Source of the DNA: an uncultured Gemmatimonadota bacterium
Lineage (GTDB): Bacteria > JAAXHH01
Direction of reading: 5' to 3'
Length of the DNA: 64,000 nucleotides
Assembly: GCA_951812955.1 (NCBI GenBank)
Contig: OX638340.1
Coordinates: 2,688,001 to 2,752,000, forward strand
Under the pieces are notes generated by a model. It saw only the letters and a program-made list of their open reading frames with translations. It did not search any database and was not told the DNA's origin. Position numbers and translations under genes: made by a program. Shown here one piece after another: positions 49,269 through 58,636 of the stretch. The stretch's first letter is position 1, and each line of letters begins with the position of its first letter.

Positions 49269-50708
49269 TCAGCGCAACCTTTCAATCAACGCCAGCGTGC
49301 GGTCGACGACCCGCCGCTCCGAATCCGGGTGGATGGCCGTGGGCATGCTGTAGGCCTGGAACAGCAGATCGGGTACGCCGTACCAGCGCTTGCGAATGTC
49401 CCAGCCGCCCGCTGGGAAATCCTCCGCCCTGGGTAGGTAACATACGCATCCGTTGGTGTAACCCAGCGCCAGGGTATGGAGGAAAGGCGAACCGGCCTTG
49501 ATGGCCAGGCCGGTTTCGAAAAAGGTCTCCGTGCTGTTCGCGGCCAGGACGATATCGTTGATTCGTATGGCCTGGACCACGACGTCGATCGAAGCGCCAC
49601 CGGCTTCGACGGCGGCGACGAGCCGGTCGCTCCAGTCCGCGAATCTGGTGGTCACGAGGAATTCCCATACTTCGCCTCCCCGGGAGGCGACCGTATCCCG
49701 GGCCTGGTGACATTCCGCCCTGATGGCCAGGGCATCGGAGTGCGGGGGCAGGTCGATGAACCCGAGCGAAAGGCTTTCGTCCGCGGCGGCCAGAACGGTG
49801 CATGTTGCGCCGGTGACCGGTTCCCAGGGCCAGACCGAAATGCGGGAAAGCGATCCCATGCGCCGGCGTTCCCCGCGCTTCCTGTGCGTGTGGATCGCCG
49901 CGGCGGTCTTGACGACTTCGGCCCCCAGCGTGGACCCGATACGGTCTTTTTCGTCCCTGCAGTCGGCCTCCATGATCAGGCCGCCCCGCGGCATGATGTT
50001 CCCGCCGCACCCCTGGAGAAAGAGCGAAAGCCCCCCGATCGCGTTTTCGACCAGGGTCCTCGCCGCGCCCGGGAAATCGGGCGAAGCCACCATGGACCGG
50101 GGTCCTATGGTCACCGGGTGGCATCCGTAGGAGAACACGGTGGCAATGGGACGGCCATCCAGATTGTCCACGCGCAGGACACCCACGTCCGGATCGGTCG
50201 AATGACCGGGTACTTCGCCGAGGAAAACCTCGCCGTCGGGATCGGTTTCTCGGCGGTATACCCCGATGCCGCATTCGCCCCGTCCCGCGCCGATGCGCGC
50301 AGGAACCTTTCGTTCGTCCGCTTCCCGCGCCGCCTCCTCGATCCAGCCGCACAGGTCATCCTGGTAACGGGCCTGCAGGGCGATCTGCTCGGGTTCATCG
50401 GGGAACCACTCCGGCATGGCGGGCGAACTGTGGGTGTGGTTCAGGTTGATCATGACGTGGGAGGAGGCGGTTCCCACCGCTTCGGCAACGCGTTCCCGCA
50501 GACCGTTCATCACGGGCAGGTCCATCCACCCGGTATCCGAGGCGACGATCACGACCTTCGCCTTTCCGTCCGAAAGGACCAGCGCCGTGGCCGACAGGTC
50601 GCTTTCGATCGCCTGGACGACCCCTTCCCTCGAACTGAAGCCGAAGGTCCGGATACCCCGTGGGGGATTGATCACGCGCCGGGCGGCGCCGGCGTAAAGG
50701 TCAGGCAT
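49269..50708 (-). CDS. Neutral/alkaline ceramidase-like hydrolase (N-terminal domain family)
   Basis: NLNHTHSSP resembles the ceramidase HTH-SGP block. The family call is tentative. Confidence 0.45.
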   Translation of the reverse strand: MPDLYAGAARRVINPPRGIRTFGFSSREGVVQAIESDLSATALVLSDGKAKVVIVASDTGWMDLPVMNGLRERVAEAVGTASSHVMINLNHTHSSPAMPEWFPDEPEQIALQARYQDDLCGWIEEAAREADERKVPARIGAGRGECGIGVYRRETDPDGEVFLGEVPGHSTDPDVGVLRVDNLDGRPIATVFSYGCHPVTIGPRSMVASPDFPGAARTLVENAIGGLSLFLQGCGGNIMPRGGLIMEADCRDEKDRIGSTLGAEVVKTAAAIHTHRKRGERRRMGSLSRISVWPWEPVTGATCTVLAAADESLSLGFIDLPPHSDALAIRAECHQARDTVASRGGEVWEFLVTTRFADWSDRLVAAVEAGGASIDVVVQAIRINDIVLAANSTETFFETGLAIKAGSPFLHTLALGYTNGCVCYLPRAEDFPAGGWDIRKRWYGVPDLLFQAYSMPTAIHPDSERRVVDRTLALIERLR

Positions 50709-50714
50709 GTCGCG

Positions 50715-51563
50715 TTATACCGGCACATGCGGTTGCATGAGGTCTTTCGTGAAGATGGTCTCGGTCAGGCAGTCGACCTGGTTGCAGTCGAACCACGTCA
50801 TGTACACGAATTCGATGGACAGGCAGCCGCCGTAGTCCAGCCGTTCGAGCCGCCGGGCAATGTCCACGAAATCGATGGTGTTCTCGTCGAGCCTGGACTG
50901 CAGTTTCCCGGGCCGCGCCGCACGGATGTGGAAATGGTCGGTATGGGCGAGGAGCGGGTGGATCCGTTCCTCGGGGATGTACTGCATGACGAAGTGCGAG
51001 TAATCCAGGGTGACCGTGGCCCGCGGCGCCCGCTCCAGCAGGGCCAGCGCCCGTTCCGGCGTGTCGACGACGGACTGTACGTGGGGTTCGAAGCGGACCG
51101 TGACTTCCCGTTCTCCCGCCAGTTCGGCCAATTCGTTCATGGCTTCCACGGCCGTATCGAGATTCTCCTCGAAGGAACGATCCGGGTGGTGCATGCCCGG
51201 ACTGATCGTGAATCCCGGGATGCCTACGGCCTCGCAGAAGCGGATGATCCCCTCGAATGATGTCCTGTTCAGCTTCCTCACCGCCGGGTCCGGGGCATTG
51301 AAGGACCGCTCGTCGAGAGATGCGCCGAACTGGGGAAAGTAATCGACGGCCTCCAGTTCGTATTTCGCCAGCAGGCGTTTGACCCGGTTCGCGTGACTCA
51401 GCGGGTCCGCACCCACTTCGTCCGGTTCCAGGCTGCATCGGCCCCGGTCGTGGAATCCGGCGATGTCCACCCCCTTGAAACCGATGGCCCGGGCCAGCGC
51501 GAACGTGCCTTCCAGGTCCAGGTATTCGAAGGAATGGTTGCTAAGCGTCAGCCGCATCGGCAA
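50715..51563 (-). CDS. Sugar phosphate isomerase/epimerase (xylose-isomerase-like TIM barrel)
   Basis: AP-endonuclease-2/xylose-isomerase-like barrel blocks (TVRFEPH, LDYSHF). Confidence 0.75.
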   Translation of the reverse strand: MPMRLTLSNHSFEYLDLEGTFALARAIGFKGVDIAGFHDRGRCSLEPDEVGADPLSHANRVKRLLAKYELEAVDYFPQFGASLDERSFNAPDPAVRKLNRTSFEGIIRFCEAVGIPGFTISPGMHHPDRSFEENLDTAVEAMNELAELAGEREVTVRFEPHVQSVVDTPERALALLERAPRATVTLDYSHFVMQYIPEERIHPLLAHTDHFHIRAARPGKLQSRLDENTIDFVDIARRLERLDYGGCLSIEFVYMTWFDCNQVDCLTETIFTKDLMQPHVPV

Positions 51564-52404
51564 CTCCCAGCAGGTTGTTCCAGCATTTCCACCGTATCTG
51601 GCGTTCCTTGTAGTGATCGCTCTGCCCGACGCCGATCGGGTTGCCGAAAGACAGGACGTTCTTGGGGTCTTCCCGTTTCCCGCCCCAGGCGGTGGGTACG
51701 TTCATTACGTCGGGATCGTGGTTCCAGGTCGGCGCCTTGTTGTCCCGGACCCTTCTGAACAGGAACTTGATCATGTGGCGCTTGACCGGCGTGCGATTGG
51801 CCGCGGTGCCGTGCCAGAGGTCGTAGTGGGTCAGGGCAAAGGTCCCGGCCTTTAACACCATGGGCACCTGGCCGCGGATGTTGGTATAGGTGGCCATGCG
51901 GTCCGTCGGCGCGTTGCGGAACTGCGTGCCCGGGACGATGATGGTCGGACCCATCTCCGGTGTGATGTCGGTGGGGTAAAACAGCCCGAGCAGCCGGTCG
52001 ATACGCGTGTCCCGACTGTTGGTGCTGTCCTGGTGCCAGGACATGTGTCCGGTGTGCGGCTGCTTGCAATGCCAGTGCCGGTGTCCCATCACTTCGTAAT
52101 CCTCACCGAGCAGGCTGGCGAGCGCGCTTTTCACGGCGGGATGCTCGATCACCTGCCACAGGTCGGGGACGACTTCCGCGATGGCGTCGCCTGGATTGTA
52201 GTCCAGGCCGTCCAGCTGGCCGGCCATGCGCTCGTTGAGTCCCTCGGGAAGATCGAGTTCGAGCAGATGATAGCCGTTTACGATAAACTCGACCATCTCC
52301 AAATCGGTGAGCAGATGGGACATGTCTGTTCCATTTTCTCGCCGTTCCGCGTCGGCGGGCAGCGATTCCGCCCTCGACTCCGCTTGCAGTTGGTTCTTAT
52401 CCAT
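51541..52404 (-). CDS. Phytanoyl-CoA dioxygenase (PhyH) family oxygenase
   Basis: HQD...H triad (MSWHQDSTNS ... THYDLWHGTA). ATG at 52404 with GGAGGAGG upstream. Confidence 0.7.
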   Translation of the reverse strand: MDKNQLQAESRAESLPADAERRENGTDMSHLLTDLEMVEFIVNGYHLLELDLPEGLNERMAGQLDGLDYNPGDAIAEVVPDLWQVIEHPAVKSALASLLGEDYEVMGHRHWHCKQPHTGHMSWHQDSTNSRDTRIDRLLGLFYPTDITPEMGPTIIVPGTQFRNAPTDRMATYTNIRGQVPMVLKAGTFALTHYDLWHGTAANRTPVKRHMIKFLFRRVRDNKAPTWNHDPDVMNVPTAWGGKREDPKNVLSFGNPIGVGQSDHYKERQIRWKCWNNLLGVADAADA

Positions 52405-52696
52405 CCCGGACCTCCTCCAGTTTCTGCAAGATGAACTCGTATCCCACGACGTCCAGGTCCCTGTCGTCGATGGGCGCCTGTAGATGGGGAAACTGCACGA
52501 TCTGCCAGCCGTCGACGAGCGCGTCGTGCACGGTGTTGTAAGGCCAATCGGAGACATCCGCCGTGATTTCCGCCCTGTAGTCCCTGACCGGTTCTACAGG
52601 CGTATATCCCAGGATATCGGAGAAAACGCTGGGCGTCCGCGCATGCAGGTACAGCAGCCGCTGCCTGACGCCGGGATTTGAAGAGGAAGAAGACAT
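52397..52696 (-). CDS. Hypothetical small protein (about 100 aa), first gene of the PhyH operon
   Basis: ATG at 52696. No known motif. Confidence 0.3.
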   Translation of the reverse strand: MSSSSSNPGVRQRLLYLHARTPSVFSDILGYTPVEPVRDYRAEITADVSDWPYNTVHDALVDGWQIVQFPHLQAPIDDRDLDVVGYEFILQKLEEVRDG

Positions 52697-52719
52697 ATCT
52701 ATGACGCGCTCTGCGCAAG

Positions 52720-53870
52720 ACGTTTGGATCGCGTTACGTTCATATTGAAAAGAATAAGATAAGCGTCCGGGGTCTCCAGTCCAAGAGAATCGCATACGGG
52801 GATTAGACATCCAGCAAAGGAGTCAAGGCGCCACCCCGTTGGGGCCTGAAATTCACCTCAGAGGGAGACTACGATTGTTAATTGACAAACCGAATAATCC
52901 ATATTGGAATTAATCCATAAAATGATATATTTGGAAAATGAACCGAAGTCCGACATCATCCTGTCTTACGCTTGGAAAACAAAGCAATAACGGAATCCAT
53001 GTCACGCACCTTGATGGCGGATCTTCCACACCAGGTCCATGGCGTTCCGTTTCAGTCAAGACAGGGAAAGATGCTTTTATAGACAGGTACAGATGCTCTT
53101 TAACGAACTGAGGAGAGGCAAATGGATGCACCGAGTGGAAGGCGCGAGACACGTTACGGGATACCAGAGGCTGATCAAGTGATATTCAATCGCCATTACA
53201 TTATTGGTTATTCCTACTATTTTCGCCAAGCCAAGTGGGCACTTGAAATTGTCGATCGTGATCATACCGGACTGGATCGGGCCGATAACTTCCGTCCCGA
53301 TTACCGCGTGCCGGAGATGTTTCGCGCAGACCTCGCAGATTACACGGGATCCGGTTATGATAGAGGGCATCTGGTGGCAAGCGCCAATCAAAGGGAAGTG
53401 GAATTGCAAAACAGCGAAACCTTCTTGCTTTCCAATATGTCTCCACAAGTTCCGCGTTTTAACCGCGGAGTGTGGAAGGAACTTGAAGGCGCGGTAAGAG
53501 CGTTGAATGAACAGGAAAAAATACTGGAGACCTACGTCATTTGCGGTCCTCTTTTTCACTTTGACAAGGCGACCGAATTGATCGGGGCCGAAGATGACAA
53601 CGGCGTCACGCTCCCCATTCCCCACGCATACTTCAAGTCCATCCTGACCGAAAACAACCGGGGAACGTTGGATTTCTGGTCTTTCATCCTGCCCAACGAA
53701 GATATTGATAGGCCGCTTAAATCATTTCTCGTTCCGACGAGAAAAATCGAACAATATGCGGGCATCTACATCTGGAACCGCCTGCAAGGCACGTCCATAG
53801 CACGAAAAAAGAGAGTACAGAAAAGACGTATGTGGAGATTCTAAGTCAGCATCGATGTTGAATCTTGCGA
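52720..53870. other. AT-rich islet carrying a single plus-strand nuclease gene between two minus-strand host genes
   Basis: Compositional shift to roughly 45% GC. Confidence 0.6.
53122..53844 (+). CDS. DNA/RNA non-specific endonuclease (Serratia NucA family, beta-beta-alpha-Me) with no signal peptide
   Basis: YDRGHLVASANQ (DRGH active site), NMSPQVPRFNRGVWKELE (Asn metal-ligand region) and GPLF. There is no N-terminal hydrophobic signal. Confidence 0.75.
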   Translation: MDAPSGRRETRYGIPEADQVIFNRHYIIGYSYYFRQAKWALEIVDRDHTGLDRADNFRPDYRVPEMFRADLADYTGSGYDRGHLVASANQREVELQNSETFLLSNMSPQVPRFNRGVWKELEGAVRALNEQEKILETYVICGPLFHFDKATELIGAEDDNGVTLPIPHAYFKSILTENNRGTLDFWSFILPNEDIDRPLKSFLVPTRKIEQYAGIYIWNRLQGTSIARKKRVQKRRMWRF

Positions 53871-53935
53871 GGCTGTCTGTGCAATCTATTCATCGCTTAT
53901 TGCTTTTCGCCTCAAGCGATTCACCACACCCTCCG

Positions 53936-54670
53936 TCACCCTCCCCTACCAGGCGGCCAGGTAGCGAAGTACTCCGGCGCCCAGCGCCTGGCGAGGTGGA
54001 AATCGTGTCGATGACAGGCCGCCAGGGGCGGCGCCGTCTCCGCGTCGATCCAGGCCTCGGCGCCTGCGAGTCCGGGAAATTCCAGGATCCAGGCGAACTC
54101 GCCGTGGGTACCGGCGCCCATCATTTGGAAGACCTCGCCATGTAAGAGTCCGTGGTCCAGGCTTACTTTCCGCATTCGACGCCATCGCGCTTCGTCGTGC
54201 GCCCCGGGGTCATCAAGACCCGCGCCTCGATGACGTCCGTCGAAGGCCAGCAGGACGATCGAAGCAGGGTTGGCTGAAAGGGGCGGGATCGCCCTCGGAT
54301 CTGCGCCCGGGACCACGAGGGGCTCGGGCTTTCGAGGCATCCAGGCCAGGGCCTCCGGCCGCCAGCGGCGGGCAAGGGTATAGTCGTAGAAGCCGTAGCG
54401 TCCGTATGGGGGTTCCGTTTCGGCCGACATCCAGGCCTCGGCGCCGGCGAGGTCCGGGAATTCGATGGTCCAGAACCGCTCCCAGTTCCCTCGGGGTCCC
54501 AATAGCCGATAACCGTGGATTCCGATCAGGCCGTAGCGTTCGGAGACCGAAAGCATCAGGTCGACGTGCAGACGCTCGTAGTCGGTCCGCCGGGTCTCGT
54601 CGAGTTGATGCCATTCCGGCAGGCGACCACCGCGAAAGAGTATGAACACGCTATCGTCCCGTCCGGTCAT
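53936..54670 (-). CDS. Hypothetical protein with an internal tandem domain duplication
   Basis: Two repeats of about 110 aa ending in FPDLAGAEAWMSAETEPP...LARRW and FPGLAGAEAWIDAETAPP...LARRW. ATG at 54670. Confidence 0.5.
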   Translation of the reverse strand: MTGRDDSVFILFRGGRLPEWHQLDETRRTDYERLHVDLMLSVSERYGLIGIHGYRLLGPRGNWERFWTIEFPDLAGAEAWMSAETEPPYGRYGFYDYTLARRWRPEALAWMPRKPEPLVVPGADPRAIPPLSANPASIVLLAFDGRHRGAGLDDPGAHDEARWRRMRKVSLDHGLLHGEVFQMMGAGTHGEFAWILEFPGLAGAEAWIDAETAPPLAACHRHDFHLARRWAPEYFATWPPGRGG

Positions 54671-54794
54671 GAAAGCCTTCCTCTCGATTTGGCTTAAGAA
54701 CGGCGACAGTCCGCGGTTATCCCTCGGACCGGTCGGTACGTCAATAGTAAAACACGCGGACCGTCCTTCCCGCATCCACTGGAACGATGTCCCG

Positions 54795-55868
54795 TCAGCC
54801 ACCCATATCGGAGAACGTCCCGGCCTCCGGCAGTCCCGCCACGGTGCAGTTCACGCCTGCGACACGATTCGCGAGACGGGTTGCCCGGGCGGGGTCCTTC
54901 GAAGCCAGGTACTCGGTTACGAAGCCGGCGGCAAAGGCGTCCCCGCAGCCGGTGGTGTCGACCACGTCACGGACCGGCTCCGAAGGGATGGCAAAGGCCT
55001 TCGATTCGCGGTCTTCCCGGTAAACCGTGACAGGACCGAGGGGCCCCCGGGTAATAACGCATACCGAGGGACCGAGAGAAATCACGGACCGTCCGAAGGC
55101 GATGAAATCATCGACCGATTCCAACGTGCCGCCTGGTCCGCCTGGTCCAGTCGCATCAAACCGTCCGCGCAGTCCCCCCGGTTCGCCCGCATCCAAGGAT
55201 CCGCCCGTTCCGCCCGTTCCGCCTGTTTCCCCCGGTTCGCCCGCATCCAGCGATCCGCCCGTTCCGCCTGGCGCCGCCGCTTCGTTACCTGTACCGGCCA
55301 GCAGACGAGCCTCCACTTCGTTCATCTGAACGACGTCGAACATCTCGATCCATCGCCGCCAGTCCGTGGGTGCCCGTCTTCGCCGGTAGCCCTCCGCGTC
55401 GATACCCAGACAGAGGTTGTGCACATCCAGGTAACGCAACCCGGAGGCGCTGCCCCGTATCGTCTCCATGGTCTTCAGGCTGATATCGTCGCCTACGATG
55501 AAATTCACCAGCAGGGCGTCGAGATCAAGGAAAGGTTCGATCTGTTCGAGGGGAATGGGTCCGACATGGTTGGTCAGCTGCTCGACTTTCTCCATATTTT
55601 CGTCGTAACGTATCCGGTTTCGGCTGGTACCCGATGGGGAAAGGGAGATTCCGCGGGTGCTCACGGCGGGACGTGGATCCAGGATGGCGCGCATGGCGCC
55701 GTAACGCTCCGCTCCGATCCGGCTGATGGGATACAGTTCGTCCCCTTCGCTCACGAGGTCTGCCATTACGGTGGTGTTGTACAATATGCCGCCGAGGTCT
55801 TGAATCTGACGGCCGCCGGACATGAAGATGGTGTCGTGGTTGATGAGGCCTATGATGCCAACGCGCAT
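54795..55868 (-). CDS. PfkB-family carbohydrate kinase with a Gly-rich repeat insertion
   Basis: DTTGCGDAFAAGF anion-hole/GD motif and ribokinase-like layout, plus a low-complexity insertion of about 50 aa. Confidence 0.75.
   Translation of the reverse strand: MRVGIIGLINHDTIFMSGGRQIQDLGGILYNTTVMADLVSEGDELYPISRIGAERYGAMRAILDPRPAVSTRGISLSPSGTSRNRIRYDENMEKVEQLTNHVGPIPLEQIEPFLDLDALLVNFIVGDDISLKTMETIRGSASGLRYLDVHNLCLGIDAEGYRRRRAPTDWRRWIEMFDVVQMNEVEARLLAGTGNEAAAPGGTGGSLDAGEPGETGGTGGTGGSLDAGEPGGLRGRFDATGPGGPGGTLESVDDFIAFGRSVISLGPSVCVITRGPLGPVTVYREDRESKAFAIPSEPVRDVVDTTGCGDAFAAGFVTEYLASKDPARATRLANRVAGVNCTVAGLPEAGTFSDMGG
55125..55290. repeat. Tandem repeat (about 54-bp units, 2 copies) encoding GGTGGSLDAGEPG x2 inside the PfkB kinase gene
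   Basis: Repeated ccccggttcgcccgcatccaRSgatccgcccgttccgcc read directly. Confidence 0.7.
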
Positions 55869-55880
55869 GTGTTTTCCGAA

Positions 55881-56918
55881 TCAGTCTGTGACAGGGGGTA
55901 CAGGTTTCCCGAGATAGACGGCCACGGCTTCGACCACCTGCTCCGCGGTGATGCCGCGCATGCAGTCGTGGGTCCCGATGGGACAGCGATTTCCGCCATG
56001 GGAACTGCACGGCCGGCAGTCCAGTGGCGTCTCGACGACCCGGTGCCCGTGTCCGTAAGGGACAAAGCCAAATGCGGGTACCGTCGGTCCGAAGACGGCT
56101 ACAACCGGCGTGTTCATGGCGGCGGCCACGTGGCCCATTCCGGTGTCGTTCGATACCACGGCGGAGCAACGGGCGGCGAGCGCTGCCGATTGCAGCAGGG
56201 TCAGCAGTCCGGCCGTATTTATCGGATCGACGCCGGACTCGGCGGCGATTTCGGCGCAAAGTGGCCGGTCCTCGGCACTGCCGAAGAGCACGGCACGGTA
56301 CCCGTATGTTTCGGCGAGACGGCGGATCAACTTCGCGAAACGGCCAGGCAGCCATTGCTTGGTCGCCCAGACCGATCCGGGACTCACCCCGCAAATATGT
56401 TCGGACGGTGCAATACCCGATTCCCGCATCAGCGAATCCACCCTTTCCCTGTCGTGGTCATCCGGGTAAAGGGCGGGGTGTATCCCGGCCGTATCCACCT
56501 CCCATGAAGCGAGAAGAGAGAGGTTACGCTCGACTTCGTGGACGGCCCGGTAGTGGACCCGGTCCGTAAGGAGCATCCTGCCCGCGCTCCGATCGAAACC
56601 CACCCGGACGGGTACGCCGGCCAGGTAAGCCAGCAGCGCGCTACGGAACGACCGGTGGGGGATCAACGCCGCGTCGAAGGAAGCGCCACGCAACCCGTGG
56701 GCAAGGCGAAGCAGTTCCAGGGGTCCTTTTTGCAGGCCTTTCTTGTCGTAAATGACGATGTCGTCGACGTGGGGATTGTTCCGAAGCAGATTCGCCGTTT
56801 CGGGCCGCACTACGGCTCCGACGCGGCCGGCGCCCAGCCGCGTCCTGGCCGCTTCGATCAAAGGGGTGGACAGCACGAGGTCGCCCACGAATGCGGTTTG
56901 TATGACGAGAATGCTCAA
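55881..56918 (-). CDS. Glycosyltransferase family 9 (LPS heptosyltransferase, WaaC/WaaF-like)
   Basis: MSILVIQTAFVGDLVLSTPLIEA N-terminus and GT9 C-terminal blocks (VSNDTGMGHVAAAMNTPVVAVFGPT). Confidence 0.8.
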   Translation of the reverse strand: MSILVIQTAFVGDLVLSTPLIEAARTRLGAGRVGAVVRPETANLLRNNPHVDDIVIYDKKGLQKGPLELLRLAHGLRGASFDAALIPHRSFRSALLAYLAGVPVRVGFDRSAGRMLLTDRVHYRAVHEVERNLSLLASWEVDTAGIHPALYPDDHDRERVDSLMRESGIAPSEHICGVSPGSVWATKQWLPGRFAKLIRRLAETYGYRAVLFGSAEDRPLCAEIAAESGVDPINTAGLLTLLQSAALAARCSAVVSNDTGMGHVAAAMNTPVVAVFGPTVPAFGFVPYGHGHRVVETPLDCRPCSSHGGNRCPIGTHDCMRGITAEQVVEAVAVYLGKPVPPVTD

Positions 56919-56962
56919 CCCGTTGGGATCCCTGGTCGAAACGCGGACTCAAAGGCGCGCGA

Positions 56963-57628
56963 TTACTTCCTGAGCGAATTCAACAACGCCTGGAACTCGC
57001 CTTCCGCGCTCAGGACGGTCTTTTCCGGTCCGGTGAGTTTGAGGAATACGTTGCCTTCCGGCGCTTCGATGATGGCGCCGAGCATCTTGTAGCCCGGTTT
57101 TTTCGCGGTGCCGGACTGGAACATGGGGCCCATGGAGGCGAGGTACGTACCCGCCAGGGACACCGTGGTCACGGCCAGATCGTTTATGTTCGACTTCCGC
57201 TCGGCCGGTGAGGACGGTCCACCGGATTCCGTCTCGAACTGGTCCTTCCATCGCTGCAGGTTCAGGTCAACGCTGCCTCCCTGTCCCTGGCCGAAAAAGA
57301 ACACGGCGCATTCACCGGGTTCGTCGTCCCCTTGGGCCATCGGAATCAGATAGGTCGCCACGCGCATCATTCGGGGAGGTTGCGGTTCCCATCGCGAGGG
57401 CACGGTCCAGGCGACGCCCGCGGCTTCGCCCGACGTCGTATTCTCCTGGGCATTCATCGTCGCGGGGACGTCCGCTCTCTCAGCGACGGCGGGAATCGTA
57501 GCCGGTGGTGGGGGATCGGCCGGCGGTTGCTGCGACCGCGGATCGGATTGTTCTCCACCGTTTCCGCAGGCCGTTGAGATTCCGAACAGCATAACGGCGG
57601 TAATAGCAACGAGGGGATGGCGTGGCAT
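56963..57628 (-). CDS. Hypothetical lipoprotein
   Basis: Lipobox MLFGISTACG. ATG at 57628. Confidence 0.5.
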   Translation of the reverse strand: MPRHPLVAITAVMLFGISTACGNGGEQSDPRSQQPPADPPPPATIPAVAERADVPATMNAQENTTSGEAAGVAWTVPSRWEPQPPRMMRVATYLIPMAQGDDEPGECAVFFFGQGQGGSVDLNLQRWKDQFETESGGPSSPAERKSNINDLAVTTVSLAGTYLASMGPMFQSGTAKKPGYKMLGAIIEAPEGNVFLKLTGPEKTVLSAEGEFQALLNSLRK

Positions 57629-57642
57629 GTAACAGGTCTCCT

Positions 57643-58548
57643 TTACTGTACGTGATTTGAATCCGCGGGCGCCGGGGTCTTCCACCGCCGGTGTACCCAG
57701 AACCAGTGATCGGGATAATCCAGGATGTACCGGGCCAGCACGTCCGTGTACGCCTGTGTAATCCGTACGATATCGGCCGGTTCATCACCGGTCGAAATCG
57801 CTTCGATCGGGGTTTCGAAGCAGACCCGGTGGCGTTCCGGGCCGGATCGAATGATGAAACAGGGCACGATGGGCGCGCCCGTGCGCAGCGCGAAGAGTGC
57901 CGGTCCCTGGTAGGTGGACGCCCCTGATCCCAGAAACTCGACGAACACGCCGCTGGCGCCCGCGTCCTGGTCCGCAAGCAGCCCGACACATTCGTTTCGC
58001 CGCAGTGCCCTGAAGATCGCAGGCGGCGCGGAATCCATCGGGGTCACCGCCATGCCCAGTCGCTCGCGCCCCTCGTGCACCAGGCGGTCGACGGCGGGAT
58101 TGTGCAGCTTCTTCGCGACGACGGTAATGGGATAGCCGAGAAAGGCGACCGTCGCGCCAAGTAACTCCCAGTAACCGAAATGGCCGGTGACCAGGATGAC
58201 CCCGCGCCCCCCCTGGCGGGCACGTGCGACGTGTTCTTCTCCCGAGATCGCAAGCTGGTCCCGCAGGTCCGGCGTCCTCCCCGCGAGCAAGCGGGCGTGT
58301 TCCACGGCCGTCCGGCCCAATTGACGGTATACAGACCGGGCCGTGGCCTGGCGCCTGTCGCCATCCCCGGTTTCGCCGTAGATTCGGACCAGGTGCTCCA
58401 TGACCATCTTCTTCCGTATGCCGGTCACGTGAAAGACCAGGTCTCCCAGGATATCACCCACCCGCGTCGCCCGGACAGGAGACAACCGCCTTGTCAGCGA
58501 CATCAACAGCCGGAGTCCCGCGTATTCGGCCAGGTGCGAGAGTCTCAT
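57643..58548 (-). CDS. Lipid A biosynthesis (Kdo)2-lipid IVA acyltransferase (LpxL/HtrB/MsbB family)
   Basis: Family-typical C-terminus DYPDHWFWVHRRWKT, and an HxxxxD-type acyltransferase layout. Confidence 0.8.
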   Translation of the reverse strand: MRLSHLAEYAGLRLLMSLTRRLSPVRATRVGDILGDLVFHVTGIRKKMVMEHLVRIYGETGDGDRRQATARSVYRQLGRTAVEHARLLAGRTPDLRDQLAISGEEHVARARQGGRGVILVTGHFGYWELLGATVAFLGYPITVVAKKLHNPAVDRLVHEGRERLGMAVTPMDSAPPAIFRALRRNECVGLLADQDAGASGVFVEFLGSGASTYQGPALFALRTGAPIVPCFIIRSGPERHRVCFETPIEAISTGDEPADIVRITQAYTDVLARYILDYPDHWFWVHRRWKTPAPADSNHVQ

Positions 58549-58636
58549 TCGAAAGGGACTCTCAATTGCGCACGATCACTCCGTTCGATATCACCGTCCT
58601 GTTCGGTGCCTGCAAGGTTCCGACGGTGGGTAGCGA

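Noticed and set aside
53077-53625. Minus-strand 182-aa ORF, with the 80-aa ORF 52910..53152, in the nuclease islet
   Set aside because: They lie antisense to, or overlap the start of, the motif-bearing NucA-family gene, with no RBS and no motifs. So no inhibitor or immunity candidate could be supported.
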